A stretch of DNA of 64,000 bases, from NCBI GenBank assembly GCA_036339735.1, contig JAYZAL010000088.1, positions 32,001-96,000 of the forward strand, given 5' to 3'. The notes beneath the pieces are model-generated. The model was given only the letters and a program-made list of their open reading frames with translations, did not search any database and was not told where the DNA came from. Positions 9,870 through 19,588 of the stretch are shown in pieces (positions within the stretch are counted from its first letter, which is position 1; each line of letters begins with the position of its first letter). The position numbers were made by a program, and so were the translations under genes. The stretch comes from Candidatus Poribacteria bacterium (GTDB lineage Bacteria; Poribacteria; WGA-4E; UBA9662).

Positions 9870-12800
9870 ATGATAAGAATTAGCAGTGATTGGTATTCAC
9901 CGGTTTTACGTAGATCAGTAGTGTTTTTTTACCTGCTTTTGATTGCGAGTTCAGTCCTATGGGCGCAGCAAGATTTATCTTTGAGCCTCTCGGAGGTTGC
10001 TGTCCAGATTCGAGAGCAGGTGAATATTGGAAATATCCGAAAAGATATTGCTAGACTTTCGAGTCTTTCGACACGGGTAACGGGCTACCCACAAGCGGCC
10101 AGTGCCAGTAAGTATGTATTTGACCGGTTTGTCGAAATCGGTTTGGAAGATGTTGAAGGGCGAGATTTCCCTATCACAGTCCCAATTGACAAAGGTAATA
10201 GTCAACTAGAGATAATCGGCAGTAATACGATTTTTAAGCTTTCACCTCTTTGGCCCAACCTTGTTCGAACTTCTCTGATTAGTGATGGTATTAAGCATCG
10301 TGTCACCATGGGTGAAACATTGGATCAGATTGCTGAATCTTATCAGATTGATCGACAAGAAATCATCAGCCATAATACATTTTTGCAAGGAGATGGAAAG
10401 GGGCAAACGCTTGTTGAGGGTAATGAAATTTTTATTCCAACAGGTGGATTAACGGCACCCATTATTGATGGTGGAACTTGTGATCTGAAACAATTTAACG
10501 GTACAGATGTTGGTGGTTTTTGGTATAAAGTCAAACCGACTGATACCATTGAGCTCGTGGCGCGACAGAATGGGGTTGGCGTCGCTAGCATAACAGACGA
10601 CATTCTAAATCGTCATCTGCAAAAAAACGAAGATTCAATAGACAATAATGTGAATGGGGAAGTCGATGAATACGGAGAAATCCCCCTCTTATCCGAAATA
10701 AGTGAGTGGGCGACTGATGGTATTGATAATAACGGCAATGGTTTGATCGACGAAAAAGTGGGGGCCGACAGGAATGGAGTAGATGACGATGGCGACGGTT
10801 TAGTGGACGAAGATGATGAGTTTGTGGCCGCTGATGAATCCCATATTTTTATACCTCGTGGTAGTATCGTTTTAGCAGATTTTAATTCTGGAACGAAATG
10901 GATTAATGGTTCCATGTTAGGCGCAAAGGCGGTCGTTTTTATTGAACCTGACGTAACTATGAGAGGGGAAGCCGAAAATAAGTTCCTCACAGTTCCAGCG
11001 AATATCCCCCGCTTTTGGATTGGTAAATCTGATGGGGAACAGCTGAAAAGATTAATTAGTTCTTCTAATCAAAGTGGAGATGATCTAGAGGTACGACTGA
11101 GCGGAAAAATCAAGTGGGAAAAGAAAGTTGGACAAAACATTCGTGGTTTCTTGTCAGGTTCCGATCCACAACTAAAAGATGAAATGATCGTTATTTCAGC
11201 TTATTACGACTCTATGTCAGTAGTTCCCTCGATGGCCCCCGGGGCTGAGCCAACAAGTGGGATTGCAACGTTAATGGAGTTAGCTAGAATTTTTCGATCT
11301 CAAGCATTTCGGCCTGGGCGTTCAGTTCTGTTCGTTGCCACAGATGCTCATTTTCAAGGCCTGTCGGGAATGCGAGCTTTCATGGATGGTCTCGGTCAAG
11401 ATGTGATCGGTGAAATAGAAGATTCTGCTGGGACACCTACCATGCACGGTCTCCGTCGAGGTATAGATACGGATCTGCATGAGCTAGAAGAATTAGGGCG
11501 TAAAATAGTATTGTCAATTGATCGTAATGTTTTAGTAGATCTCCCCTCTGATTTTTACGGTCATATACATCAAATCAATAGTGATCTGAATTCTCTAGTG
11601 ATTACCCTAGATGGACTCGTTGAAACCCAAAACAAAATTAGTCTGCTAACCAAAGCGCAACGAGATTACAAAGAAAAACGGAAAAAAAAGACTCAATCTA
11701 CCAAAAAGCGAGAAAAACAAGACTTTACAAAAGAGGAAGAGTCTTTACTTAAGGCCAATTCTGCTAAATTTAAGAAAGAAGCAGAGCAGACGGTTCAATT
11801 TCTTCGCGATATTATTTTTCGCTTAGACCGACTACAAGAGGTCGCCATCGATAAATGTCGTATCGCTCAACAAGAATTACTTTCCAATGTAGCTTTGCCC
11901 ATGGCTCACCTTGATTTGTGGGCATTAGATCAATTGACAGAAGATCTACAGACTAAGCGGATTGGAGGGAAATATGGCCAAACACCTGAAAGTTCCTACG
12001 TTAAACCTACAGAGATTAGCAAGGGTAAATTCGTCCTGAACGAACCCGCCAACTTCACTGGAAACCCTGATCATATTGAGACACTCAGTACCTATCTACA
12101 TGACTGGGAATTTGAAGATCCAAGAAAATTCACCCTACAATACAGTCAAGAGAAATTACTTGATCGACATCTGGCTTTCAGAGATTTGCAGAAGATGAAA
12201 TCCGCCCGATCTACTATTCACAGTGGTACAAAGTCTCGTGAAAACTATGTTGAGCAAGAAAAAGAAGTACTGAAACAGGTTGCAAATGAGATCGACAACT
12301 CCAATCAAGCATCTACAGCAGTGGGAAATTTTAAAAGTGTAATCAATCGATTACGGAGTGACCCTTTAGCCGAACCAAAAGTTGACGTCATTGAAAGTTA
12401 CCTAACTGTTGAAAGTAGAAAACGTTTGAGGGACCTCAAAACTGACATTCAGCGGAAACTAGATGAAAAATCTAGCGAAGCAGAAAAAGGGAATTCAACA
12501 GCATCTATAGAAGTCGCAATCACTGATTTAACAAAGGATAAGCAGGCGATCTTGGAAGTCGGAATGAGAAACGCTCGTGTGGAAAAACAGCGGGTAACTG
12601 ATTTGATAGATGGCCATCATCAGCTAGAGCGACTTTACCTGAAGGAAGAAGAATTAGTACTTCGTAATTACTTGGAAGATTCAGAAGTAGAGTCTGCTTT
12701 GGAAGCCCGCCTGCAGATAGGTGCTTACTTGACAGAAAGTCGTTTGCTCTCCTACATCAAAGAGCGAGCAGCGAATGATATTATTGAGTTGAAAGCTTTG

Positions 12801-15800
12801 CAAAATCAGATCAATAATCTTAATTCTGGTTTGCCAGAAGAAACTAAAGATTTGCTTCGAAATAACATGATGACTCTCAGGAATGCGCGCTTTCGTAATA
12901 TTCAAACAAAAGCTGAGCGATTGTTCCGAATTAGTAAAGTGGAGTACAGCCGAAAAATAAAGGCTATCGAACAAGCAATAGCATTACAAGACACATTTAA
13001 TCGTTTTTATACTTCATTATTCATCTCTGTTGACCTATCTAGCCAAAGTAGTAAATTCGGCGTTTTTAACAAAGGTTGGTTTTATGATCAACAGCCAGAA
13101 CATGTTCTTCGCCGTGAGTTTGCATCCATAGGTAACCGATTAACGGAGTATGCTAATCAGGCCGATTTTGGAGAGCGAATTGACAAACTGTGGCAGTTTA
13201 CTGATGACCAGATTCAAAGAGGGATAGCTACTAGTCAGTGGTCGGTAGCCTCAGGAATCAAACCGAAAGAGAAGCTTGAGGGTAAAACACTAGAGTCTTT
13301 GATTTCCAATCACTACGATACTTTGACTGGACTGGGTGGAGTCTCTCGCCTAATGCGAATGCAGTTTGAGCAAATGAAGGCTAGAGGTGAACCATCAGAG
13401 GATATGCTCAAAGACATGGACTATATCCGTAAAGAGGTTGAGCGATTTGTACGAAATGATATTCGGTCAGCCCGAAAAACACGTAAAAATCTAATACGTC
13501 GTACGAACAAGCTGAAAAGTCAACTCGCACTCAGAGGTGAAGATCCTGCTCAACTAACAACAGACGAGATTGATGACATTAAGACCTTGATAGGGATGGT
13601 TGGTTTGGGAGGGGATAGCAATTTTGTTAATGCTATTTCAGCCAGTGGTGGAAAAACTTGGCGGACCCACATTCCGGGTAAAATTGCGTTTGATAGTGAG
13701 GTTGCTACATTAACTGGTAAGACTGGAATCGCTTTTGCAACAGTGGATGATCGGCGGGTTTTGACCGATACGCCTTTAGATACTATTGATCGCATGGATC
13801 TGAAAAAAGATGGAAACCTACACGTTCAAATCAAATCTCTGGCATCTATTTTAGTCCAGGCTTTGCGGGACCCTTCGATGCCAACAGCTGCTCGTGTTGA
13901 CAATTTTTATTGTAGTTTAATCGGTAACGTTGTTGAATTCGATGCTAGAGAAAGCTCTGTCCCTGATAAGCCCGTTCCAGAACCAATTCTGACGATTCGT
14001 CGTAAACATAAGTCAATGATGGGAGTTCGTGGAGACTTATTCATTATGGGCGATAACCGAGGCGCTTATGAAGTTACGGGGTTAGCTATGGAGGGACGGG
14101 CGACTAATAGGATTGGTGGTGCTCAAGAAATCGAGGCTTATGTACTCGATAACGACTCAGGAGACATTACTTATGCGCCTGATTTAGGGAATTACGGAGC
14201 CAAGCTTTTGCCGAATAAAATACCAATTGATCGGCGGAGGCGTGGAGCTCCAATAGTAGTCTTCAAATGTGTGTCGACAACAATCTATGATTTAGTTGAC
14301 CAGCGTTATCTCAGAACTTTAAGAAACTTGGATGTGTATGATGCTGCCACTGATAGCGCGCCGGAAAAATTTGGTGTTTCAAAACCTTGGCAACAAGAAG
14401 GTGTTTCTGCAACTGAGCCGATTGCTCTGGTCTATTCTGAGCCTAATAGTCGTTTGAAGTTAGGAATGTCTTACGGCCAGATTGGCAAACGCTTACTGTT
14501 AATTAAAGCTGGACAAAGTGGAACTAAAAATCCAACCCTTTATACAGGAGAAGGTTTTGTAGTTCGAGAGAATGGTTCAATTCGAACTACGCCTTATGTC
14601 GTCGTTCGAGACATGTGGTGGCTGGACGAAAATCGATCTCGTTTGTATAAGCGTTTCGGTATCAGTAGTGAGCGTTTGGACCAACTTCATCACTACGCTA
14701 ATGAAAATCTTTCTCAAGCCGAAATAGCTCTTAAGAAAGGTGCTTATGACTCCGCTATGCAATTGGCACGTTCGGCTTGGGGGTATGAGTCGCTCGCTTA
14801 TCCAGATGTCAAGAAGACAGGGAACGATGTAGTCAATGGAGTTATGTTTTACTTGGCACTTCTACTTCCTTTTTCTTATTTCATGGAACGGTTAATATTT
14901 GGTTTCCCCAGTGTAAACAAGCAACTGATTGGTACATTCGCTATTTTTGTTGTGTCTTTCGTTTTTCTTGCAATGGTGCATCCAGCCTTCCAAATTACAA
15001 CTACCCCAGTTATTATCTTAATTGCTTTTATTGTTCTGGCTTTATCAGTTATCGTAATTGCTATTATCATCCGCAAATTTGAAGAACAGTTGGAAAAAAT
15101 CAAGCAAGAATCCTCCAAAGTTTATAAAGCTGATGTCGGGCGACTGTCAGCGTCAGCAGCAGCTTTTAGTTTAGGTATTTCTAACATGAGAAAGCGAAGT
15201 GGACGGACAATTTTGACCTCCGCCACTTTGGTCATTTTAACTTTCACTGTGATTTCTTTTACTTCAGTAAAAACGTTTGTCAGACCTAATAGAACAACTT
15301 TAGGGACCGTAACTCCCAAATACAATGGGATGCTGATACGAGATCAATATTGGAGAGCATTAGAAGAACCCGTATATACTTCGATAGCAAATGATTTAAC
15401 TTACAAGAACATTGAAGTATCTGATCTGATATCTAGGAAAGAACAGGAAATTCGACGTCTTAAGGGATTATCTGATCAGGGTAAAAATAAGTCTATACAA
15501 AGCGACTTACAAACTCGAATTAGTAAACTAACTCAACAGATAGGGAAATTGGCAAGCCTATCTGACGTCAATAGTGAGCCAAGTTCTGTCAATGATGAAA
15601 AACAAGAAATCCAAAAATCTCAGACGCAGATAATGGTTCGAAACGTTGTAGCACCGAGGGCTTGGTACCAAACATCAGGAACAGGAGACCAATCTTTTGT
15701 TCAATTGACTCGAATCGAAAATCCAATTGATCCTTTGCCACCTTTGAATTCCGGTAATAAACCCAAGCAGTATCAAGCTAACATGTTGGTTGGTATGAGT

Positions 15801-17288
15801 CATGAAGAGCCAGATATTACTAGTATAGATAGTCATTTAATTTACGGAAAGTGGTTCCTTCCTGAGAACGATAGCGAATGGCCAACTGATTGGCCTAACG
15901 CTTGTGTTTTGCCTAAAGGGATGGCGGATATTCTGGGTATTACCGAATCCGATATGGGAAAAGCTACTGTCCAAGTTGGTGGTGCTAAGTATACGGTCAC
16001 AGGGGTTCTTGGGCTAACTTTTAAAGACTTAAAAGATAATGACGGGGAAGAGCTAACCCCCGTCGACTACCAGCTGATGAATCAGCAGCAATCTCGTGGT
16101 GGACAAGGCGATGAGACATTAGAAGGTGAATTACAGAAGTATATTCATCTTACACCAGACAGTATAGCAATTCTGCCTTACGAAGTAATCATGAATATGG
16201 GCGGTAAACTTCAGTCAGTTGCCGTTAATATGGCCCGTAATGAGTACGATTTGGCCGAGCTAGACCCCATCGAAAAATTAGATCTAATTATGGTACCTTT
16301 GATGAATCGAGTGGCTTTAGACTTGTTCGTTGGCCGAGGGGATGAAGCTTACCTGTATAGTTCAATTGGGATGACTTCATTTTCAGGAATGACCAACTTG
16401 TTTGTTCCTATCTTGATCGCTTCATTAATTGTGTTGAACACTATGTTAGGAGCTGTTTACGAGCGGGTGCGCGAAATAGGTATTTATAGTTCAGTTGGTT
16501 TAGCTCCAGTTCACATTGCGTTCTTGTTCCTAGCTGAAGCATGCGTATACGCTGTTTTAGGAGCAGTAATTGGTTATCTATTTGGTCAAGCTGTGGCAAC
16601 CGTTTTGGTAAAATTCGGTTTGATGGGTGGATTGACTCTTAATTATTCATCAATGTCGACGGTTATTGCAACTATTGTGGTTATGATAGTGGTGATGGCT
16701 AGTACACTTTACCCCGCTATTAAAGCTGGTAGGATGGCTGTTCCAGATATTGAGCGAAAGTGGAAATTACCTGAACCGGATGGGGATTTGTGGCATTTCA
16801 ATCTGCCATTTACTGTTCTGGCTGAGGAAGCATTAGGCTTGAATATCTTCATGAAAGACTATTTTGATGCTCATGCTGATGAGTCGGCTAGTGATTTTTA
16901 TACTGACCAGGTATCTTTCAATCAGGTTGCCAGAGATGATGAAATAGAGTACAGCTGTAGTATGATGGTTTGGTTGGCACCCTATGATCTAGGAGTTAGC
17001 CAATCAATTAGACTAGTGACTTCGCCCGTTGGAGGCGAAGAGGAGGATTTGTACAATATCACCTTAGAGGTTGATAGAGAAAGTGGTGAAATTGCTTCGT
17101 GGAAACGGGTAAATCGCCGGTTCTTGAATTTGATTCGTAAACAACTTTTGATTTGGCGAACTTTTGGCGCTGATGTACGTGGTGAATTTCACGAGCGTGG
17201 AAGACAAGAAGGGATTGAAAATCAATCAATTACTTCAAATTCGGAAGATAGTAGCAGAACAACACTGACGCCGGCGACAGCTACCTAG
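9870..17288 (+). CDS. Giant fusion: signal peptide, PA domain with 2 LysM and acidic repeats, degenerate M28 peptidase fold with helical inserts, MacB/FtsX-type ABC permease
   Basis: Likely start ATG 9870 (AAGGTGG upstream, signal FFYLLLIASSVLWAQ). LysM HRVTMGETLDQIAESY. M28-like IVISAYYDS..GAEPTSGIATLMELAR..RSVLFVAT. MacB TM1 RKRSGRTILTSATLVI. FtsX motif VLNTMLGAVYERVREIGIYSSVGL..FLAEA. Confidence 0.85.
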   Translation: MIRISSDWYSPVLRRSVVFFYLLLIASSVLWAQQDLSLSLSEVAVQIREQVNIGNIRKDIARLSSLSTRVTGYPQAASASKYVFDRFVEIGLEDVEGRDFPITVPIDKGNSQLEIIGSNTIFKLSPLWPNLVRTSLISDGIKHRVTMGETLDQIAESYQIDRQEIISHNTFLQGDGKGQTLVEGNEIFIPTGGLTAPIIDGGTCDLKQFNGTDVGGFWYKVKPTDTIELVARQNGVGVASITDDILNRHLQKNEDSIDNNVNGEVDEYGEIPLLSEISEWATDGIDNNGNGLIDEKVGADRNGVDDDGDGLVDEDDEFVAADESHIFIPRGSIVLADFNSGTKWINGSMLGAKAVVFIEPDVTMRGEAENKFLTVPANIPRFWIGKSDGEQLKRLISSSNQSGDDLEVRLSGKIKWEKKVGQNIRGFLSGSDPQLKDEMIVISAYYDSMSVVPSMAPGAEPTSGIATLMELARIFRSQAFRPGRSVLFVATDAHFQGLSGMRAFMDGLGQDVIGEIEDSAGTPTMHGLRRGIDTDLHELEELGRKIVLSIDRNVLVDLPSDFYGHIHQINSDLNSLVITLDGLVETQNKISLLTKAQRDYKEKRKKKTQSTKKREKQDFTKEEESLLKANSAKFKKEAEQTVQFLRDIIFRLDRLQEVAIDKCRIAQQELLSNVALPMAHLDLWALDQLTEDLQTKRIGGKYGQTPESSYVKPTEISKGKFVLNEPANFTGNPDHIETLSTYLHDWEFEDPRKFTLQYSQEKLLDRHLAFRDLQKMKSARSTIHSGTKSRENYVEQEKEVLKQVANEIDNSNQASTAVGNFKSVINRLRSDPLAEPKVDVIESYLTVESRKRLRDLKTDIQRKLDEKSSEAEKGNSTASIEVAITDLTKDKQAILEVGMRNARVEKQRVTDLIDGHHQLERLYLKEEELVLRNYLEDSEVESALEARLQIGAYLTESRLLSYIKERAANDIIELKALQNQINNLNSGLPEETKDLLRNNMMTLRNARFRNIQTKAERLFRISKVEYSRKIKAIEQAIALQDTFNRFYTSLFISVDLSSQSSKFGVFNKGWFYDQQPEHVLRREFASIGNRLTEYANQADFGERIDKLWQFTDDQIQRGIATSQWSVASGIKPKEKLEGKTLESLISNHYDTLTGLGGVSRLMRMQFEQMKARGEPSEDMLKDMDYIRKEVERFVRNDIRSARKTRKNLIRRTNKLKSQLALRGEDPAQLTTDEIDDIKTLIGMVGLGGDSNFVNAISASGGKTWRTHIPGKIAFDSEVATLTGKTGIAFATVDDRRVLTDTPLDTIDRMDLKKDGNLHVQIKSLASILVQALRDPSMPTAARVDNFYCSLIGNVVEFDARESSVPDKPVPEPILTIRRKHKSMMGVRGDLFIMGDNRGAYEVTGLAMEGRATNRIGGAQEIEAYVLDNDSGDITYAPDLGNYGAKLLPNKIPIDRRRRGAPIVVFKCVSTTIYDLVDQRYLRTLRNLDVYDAATDSAPEKFGVSKPWQQEGVSATEPIALVYSEPNSRLKLGMSYGQIGKRLLLIKAGQSGTKNPTLYTGEGFVVRENGSIRTTPYVVVRDMWWLDENRSRLYKRFGISSERLDQLHHYANENLSQAEIALKKGAYDSAMQLARSAWGYESLAYPDVKKTGNDVVNGVMFYLALLLPFSYFMERLIFGFPSVNKQLIGTFAIFVVSFVFLAMVHPAFQITTTPVIILIAFIVLALSVIVIAIIIRKFEEQLEKIKQESSKVYKADVGRLSASAAAFSLGISNMRKRSGRTILTSATLVILTFTVISFTSVKTFVRPNRTTLGTVTPKYNGMLIRDQYWRALEEPVYTSIANDLTYKNIEVSDLISRKEQEIRRLKGLSDQGKNKSIQSDLQTRISKLTQQIGKLASLSDVNSEPSSVNDEKQEIQKSQTQIMVRNVVAPRAWYQTSGTGDQSFVQLTRIENPIDPLPPLNSGNKPKQYQANMLVGMSHEEPDITSIDSHLIYGKWFLPENDSEWPTDWPNACVLPKGMADILGITESDMGKATVQVGGAKYTVTGVLGLTFKDLKDNDGEELTPVDYQLMNQQQSRGGQGDETLEGELQKYIHLTPDSIAILPYEVIMNMGGKLQSVAVNMARNEYDLAELDPIEKLDLIMVPLMNRVALDLFVGRGDEAYLYSSIGMTSFSGMTNLFVPILIASLIVLNTMLGAVYERVREIGIYSSVGLAPVHIAFLFLAEACVYAVLGAVIGYLFGQAVATVLVKFGLMGGLTLNYSSMSTVIATIVVMIVVMASTLYPAIKAGRMAVPDIERKWKLPEPDGDLWHFNLPFTVLAEEALGLNIFMKDYFDAHADESASDFYTDQVSFNQVARDDEIEYSCSMMVWLAPYDLGVSQSIRLVTSPVGGEEEDLYNITLEVDRESGEIASWKRVNRRFLNLIRKQLLIWRTFGADVRGEFHERGRQEGIENQSITSNSEDSSRTTLTPATAT
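10632..10820 (+). repeat. Three coding acidic repeats DxxDxxGxGxxDE (putative Ca2+-binding)
   Basis: DSIDNNVNGEVDE, DGIDNNGNGLIDE, NGVDDDGDGLVDE. Confidence 0.75.
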
Positions 17289-17339
17289 GTTTGTTTGTGC
17301 TAAGGATCAAATTTTAGAACTAAAAATTGGGTATAGGAA

Positions 17340-17510
17340 ATGGAAAAAGCTGCAAGTCTTGTTATTATTATTGGTGTTTTGTTCTGGGTCGCTTCTATCC
17401 TAGTATTTAAAGGGCTATGGAGATTCCAGATGTTGTCGGCTGGAGTGATTATTTTCGGTATAATCCTAGCCCATACTTGGGAAGAGTTGTTCCGTAATGA
17501 AGATGACTGA
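17340..17510 (+). CDS. Small 56-aa two-TM membrane protein (below the ORF-track cutoff)
   Basis: Translated by hand: MEKAASLVIIIGVLFWVASILVFKGLWRFQMLSAGVIIFGIILAHTWEELFRNEDD*. It fills the gap in the operon, has AGGA just upstream and two hydrophobic helices. Confidence 0.75.
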   Translation: MEKAASLVIIIGVLFWVASILVFKGLWRFQMLSAGVIIFGIILAHTWEELFRNEDD

Positions 17511-17541
17511 CCCAGTTACTATTATCTAATGGAGGAAGAAT

Positions 17542-19533
17542 TTGGCAAGGAAACGGGTAACTCAGGCTGAAGAATGGCAGGCGTGGGCTAAACGATACGA
17601 TATTGACGGTGGCATCCGAAACTTTGAGTCAGGATTAACGCTCAAGGTTTTCTTAGGAGCTTTGTTTGTCGGTCTTCTGATGATGCCGGGTTCGCTTTAC
17701 TTAACCTTTGTTTCTGGTGAGGCGGGAGCTGCTGCGGCATCTTGGGTAGCAGTCATCTTGTTCACCGAGCTATCAAGGCGCTCATTTACCACTGCCACTC
17801 GTCAGGAACTATATATGCTTCTAGGACTGACTGGTGCTGCAGTTGGTTCAGGAACACAGTACCGTAACTTTATTTGGTATGCCTATTTTATTAATACTCC
17901 GCAGGCTGCCTCTTACGAAATTGCAGACAAAATTCCCTGGTGGGTTTGCCCACCTCCCGACTCTATAGCAATTGCTGAGCGTACACTTTTACACATGGAT
18001 TGGTTTTGGCCAATTCTGATCTATATTGTTTTCAAGTTATTAGGTACAGTTCGACATATTAGTGCTGGTTACCTCTTATTTCGTTTAACTGCGGATCTGG
18101 AACGCTTGCCTTACCCAATGGCACCAATTGCGGCGCAAGGTGCAACAGCTTTGGCTGAAACAACAGGTCGGGGTGAAACTTGGAAATGGCGAATTTTCTC
18201 AATTGGCTCCATGGCTGGTTTGATCTGGGGGTTCATTTACATTGGTGTTCCATCCTTAACCGGATTGATGATGTCAGAACCGATTCAAATTCTTAAGATT
18301 CCTTTCATTGACTTTACTCAAGCTATTGAAGGATTTGCTCCTTCGGGGCTCTTCGCACTCCGGACTGATTTCAGTCAAATTATCACCGGATTTGTTATGC
18401 CTTTTCCTGTTGTCATGTCGGAATTTATAACTGCGACATTTAGTCAGCTATTTTTGAATCCGTTTCTGTACAAACAAGGAGTGTTAGTGCAGTGGAAGTC
18501 TGGGATGGATGTACGGCAGGCTGGTTTAGTTAACGGACTAGATTTCTGGATTAGCTATGGGATGGGAAAAAGCTTCAGTATTGCCATAATAGGGTTAGCA
18601 ACCTCGATACCCATGGTTATTAAGCTAAGAGAAAAAAAGCAAGAACAATCAGGACAAAGAGGGACATTAGACCCCCCTCCGGGCCGAGGGGATTTCCCCC
18701 TCTGGCTGATGGCAATTCTTTGGGTTTTTGGTATGGGTATCTACGTTTATATCGTTCACAAATTCATGGTACCGAACTTTCCGTTACAGTTTTTGCTAGG
18801 ATTTGCTTTTCTATACACACCGCTGAATTCTTATGTAACAGCTCGTACGTTTGGTGTATTGGGCAAAGATTTGTTTGATATTCCTTACATTCATGAGATG
18901 ACTTTTATCTTGAGCCGTTATGAAGAAGTGGATATTTGGTTCGTTCATTTGCCAGATGAGGACTATGGCCGTGGGACTCAACACTGGCGTGTTCTTGAGT
19001 TAACAGGTACTACTTTTACTAGTAATATTGCTGGACAGCTTTTGATTATGCCAATCTTAATTGTGGCAGGTATTTTGGTGATGCACTTTATATGGCAGAT
19101 TGCCCCTATCCCATCAGCTCAATACCCTTTTGCTAATATGATGTGGCCAATCAATGCTACAATGGAGTGTATCAATAAAACCGCACTTAGGGATGGAAAT
19201 AGTCAAATGCTTCAAGCTATCCGTGGAGATTATGTCTCTACTGGATTTACTTCTTCTCTGGCAATCTATGGCGTGTTATGGATTGCAAAAATGCCGAGTA
19301 TGTGGTTTTACGGTATTATAGCGGGAATTGGAAATGATCCCGGTATTATCTTACCTCGCCTAATTGGTGCAGTTATAGGTCGTTTCTATATGATTAAACG
19401 GTTTGGTCTGAAACGATGGTTCATGTTCAACCCAGTCTTAGCTGCTGGATTCACTTGTGGAGTGGGTTTAACAGGTATGGCTGTTGTTGCTATATCCCTA
19501 GTGTCTAAAGCAGTTATTGTCAAGCCTTTTTAG
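17542..19533 (+). CDS. OPT-like / DUF6785-related multi-pass peptide transporter
   Basis: GGAGG RBS with TTG start, many TM helices, T..QE motif, ERLPYPMA (resembles the OPT E.L.FP motif), shared motifs with 31023..32975. Confidence 0.7.
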   Translation: MARKRVTQAEEWQAWAKRYDIDGGIRNFESGLTLKVFLGALFVGLLMMPGSLYLTFVSGEAGAAAASWVAVILFTELSRRSFTTATRQELYMLLGLTGAAVGSGTQYRNFIWYAYFINTPQAASYEIADKIPWWVCPPPDSIAIAERTLLHMDWFWPILIYIVFKLLGTVRHISAGYLLFRLTADLERLPYPMAPIAAQGATALAETTGRGETWKWRIFSIGSMAGLIWGFIYIGVPSLTGLMMSEPIQILKIPFIDFTQAIEGFAPSGLFALRTDFSQIITGFVMPFPVVMSEFITATFSQLFLNPFLYKQGVLVQWKSGMDVRQAGLVNGLDFWISYGMGKSFSIAIIGLATSIPMVIKLREKKQEQSGQRGTLDPPPGRGDFPLWLMAILWVFGMGIYVYIVHKFMVPNFPLQFLLGFAFLYTPLNSYVTARTFGVLGKDLFDIPYIHEMTFILSRYEEVDIWFVHLPDEDYGRGTQHWRVLELTGTTFTSNIAGQLLIMPILIVAGILVMHFIWQIAPIPSAQYPFANMMWPINATMECINKTALRDGNSQMLQAIRGDYVSTGFTSSLAIYGVLWIAKMPSMWFYGIIAGIGNDPGIILPRLIGAVIGRFYMIKRFGLKRWFMFNPVLAAGFTCGVGLTGMAVVAISLVSKAVIVKPF

Positions 19534-19588
19534 AGAGAATTTTTCGTATTAAACAAGAATTTAAATAACAAGATTGAAACAGGATTTA

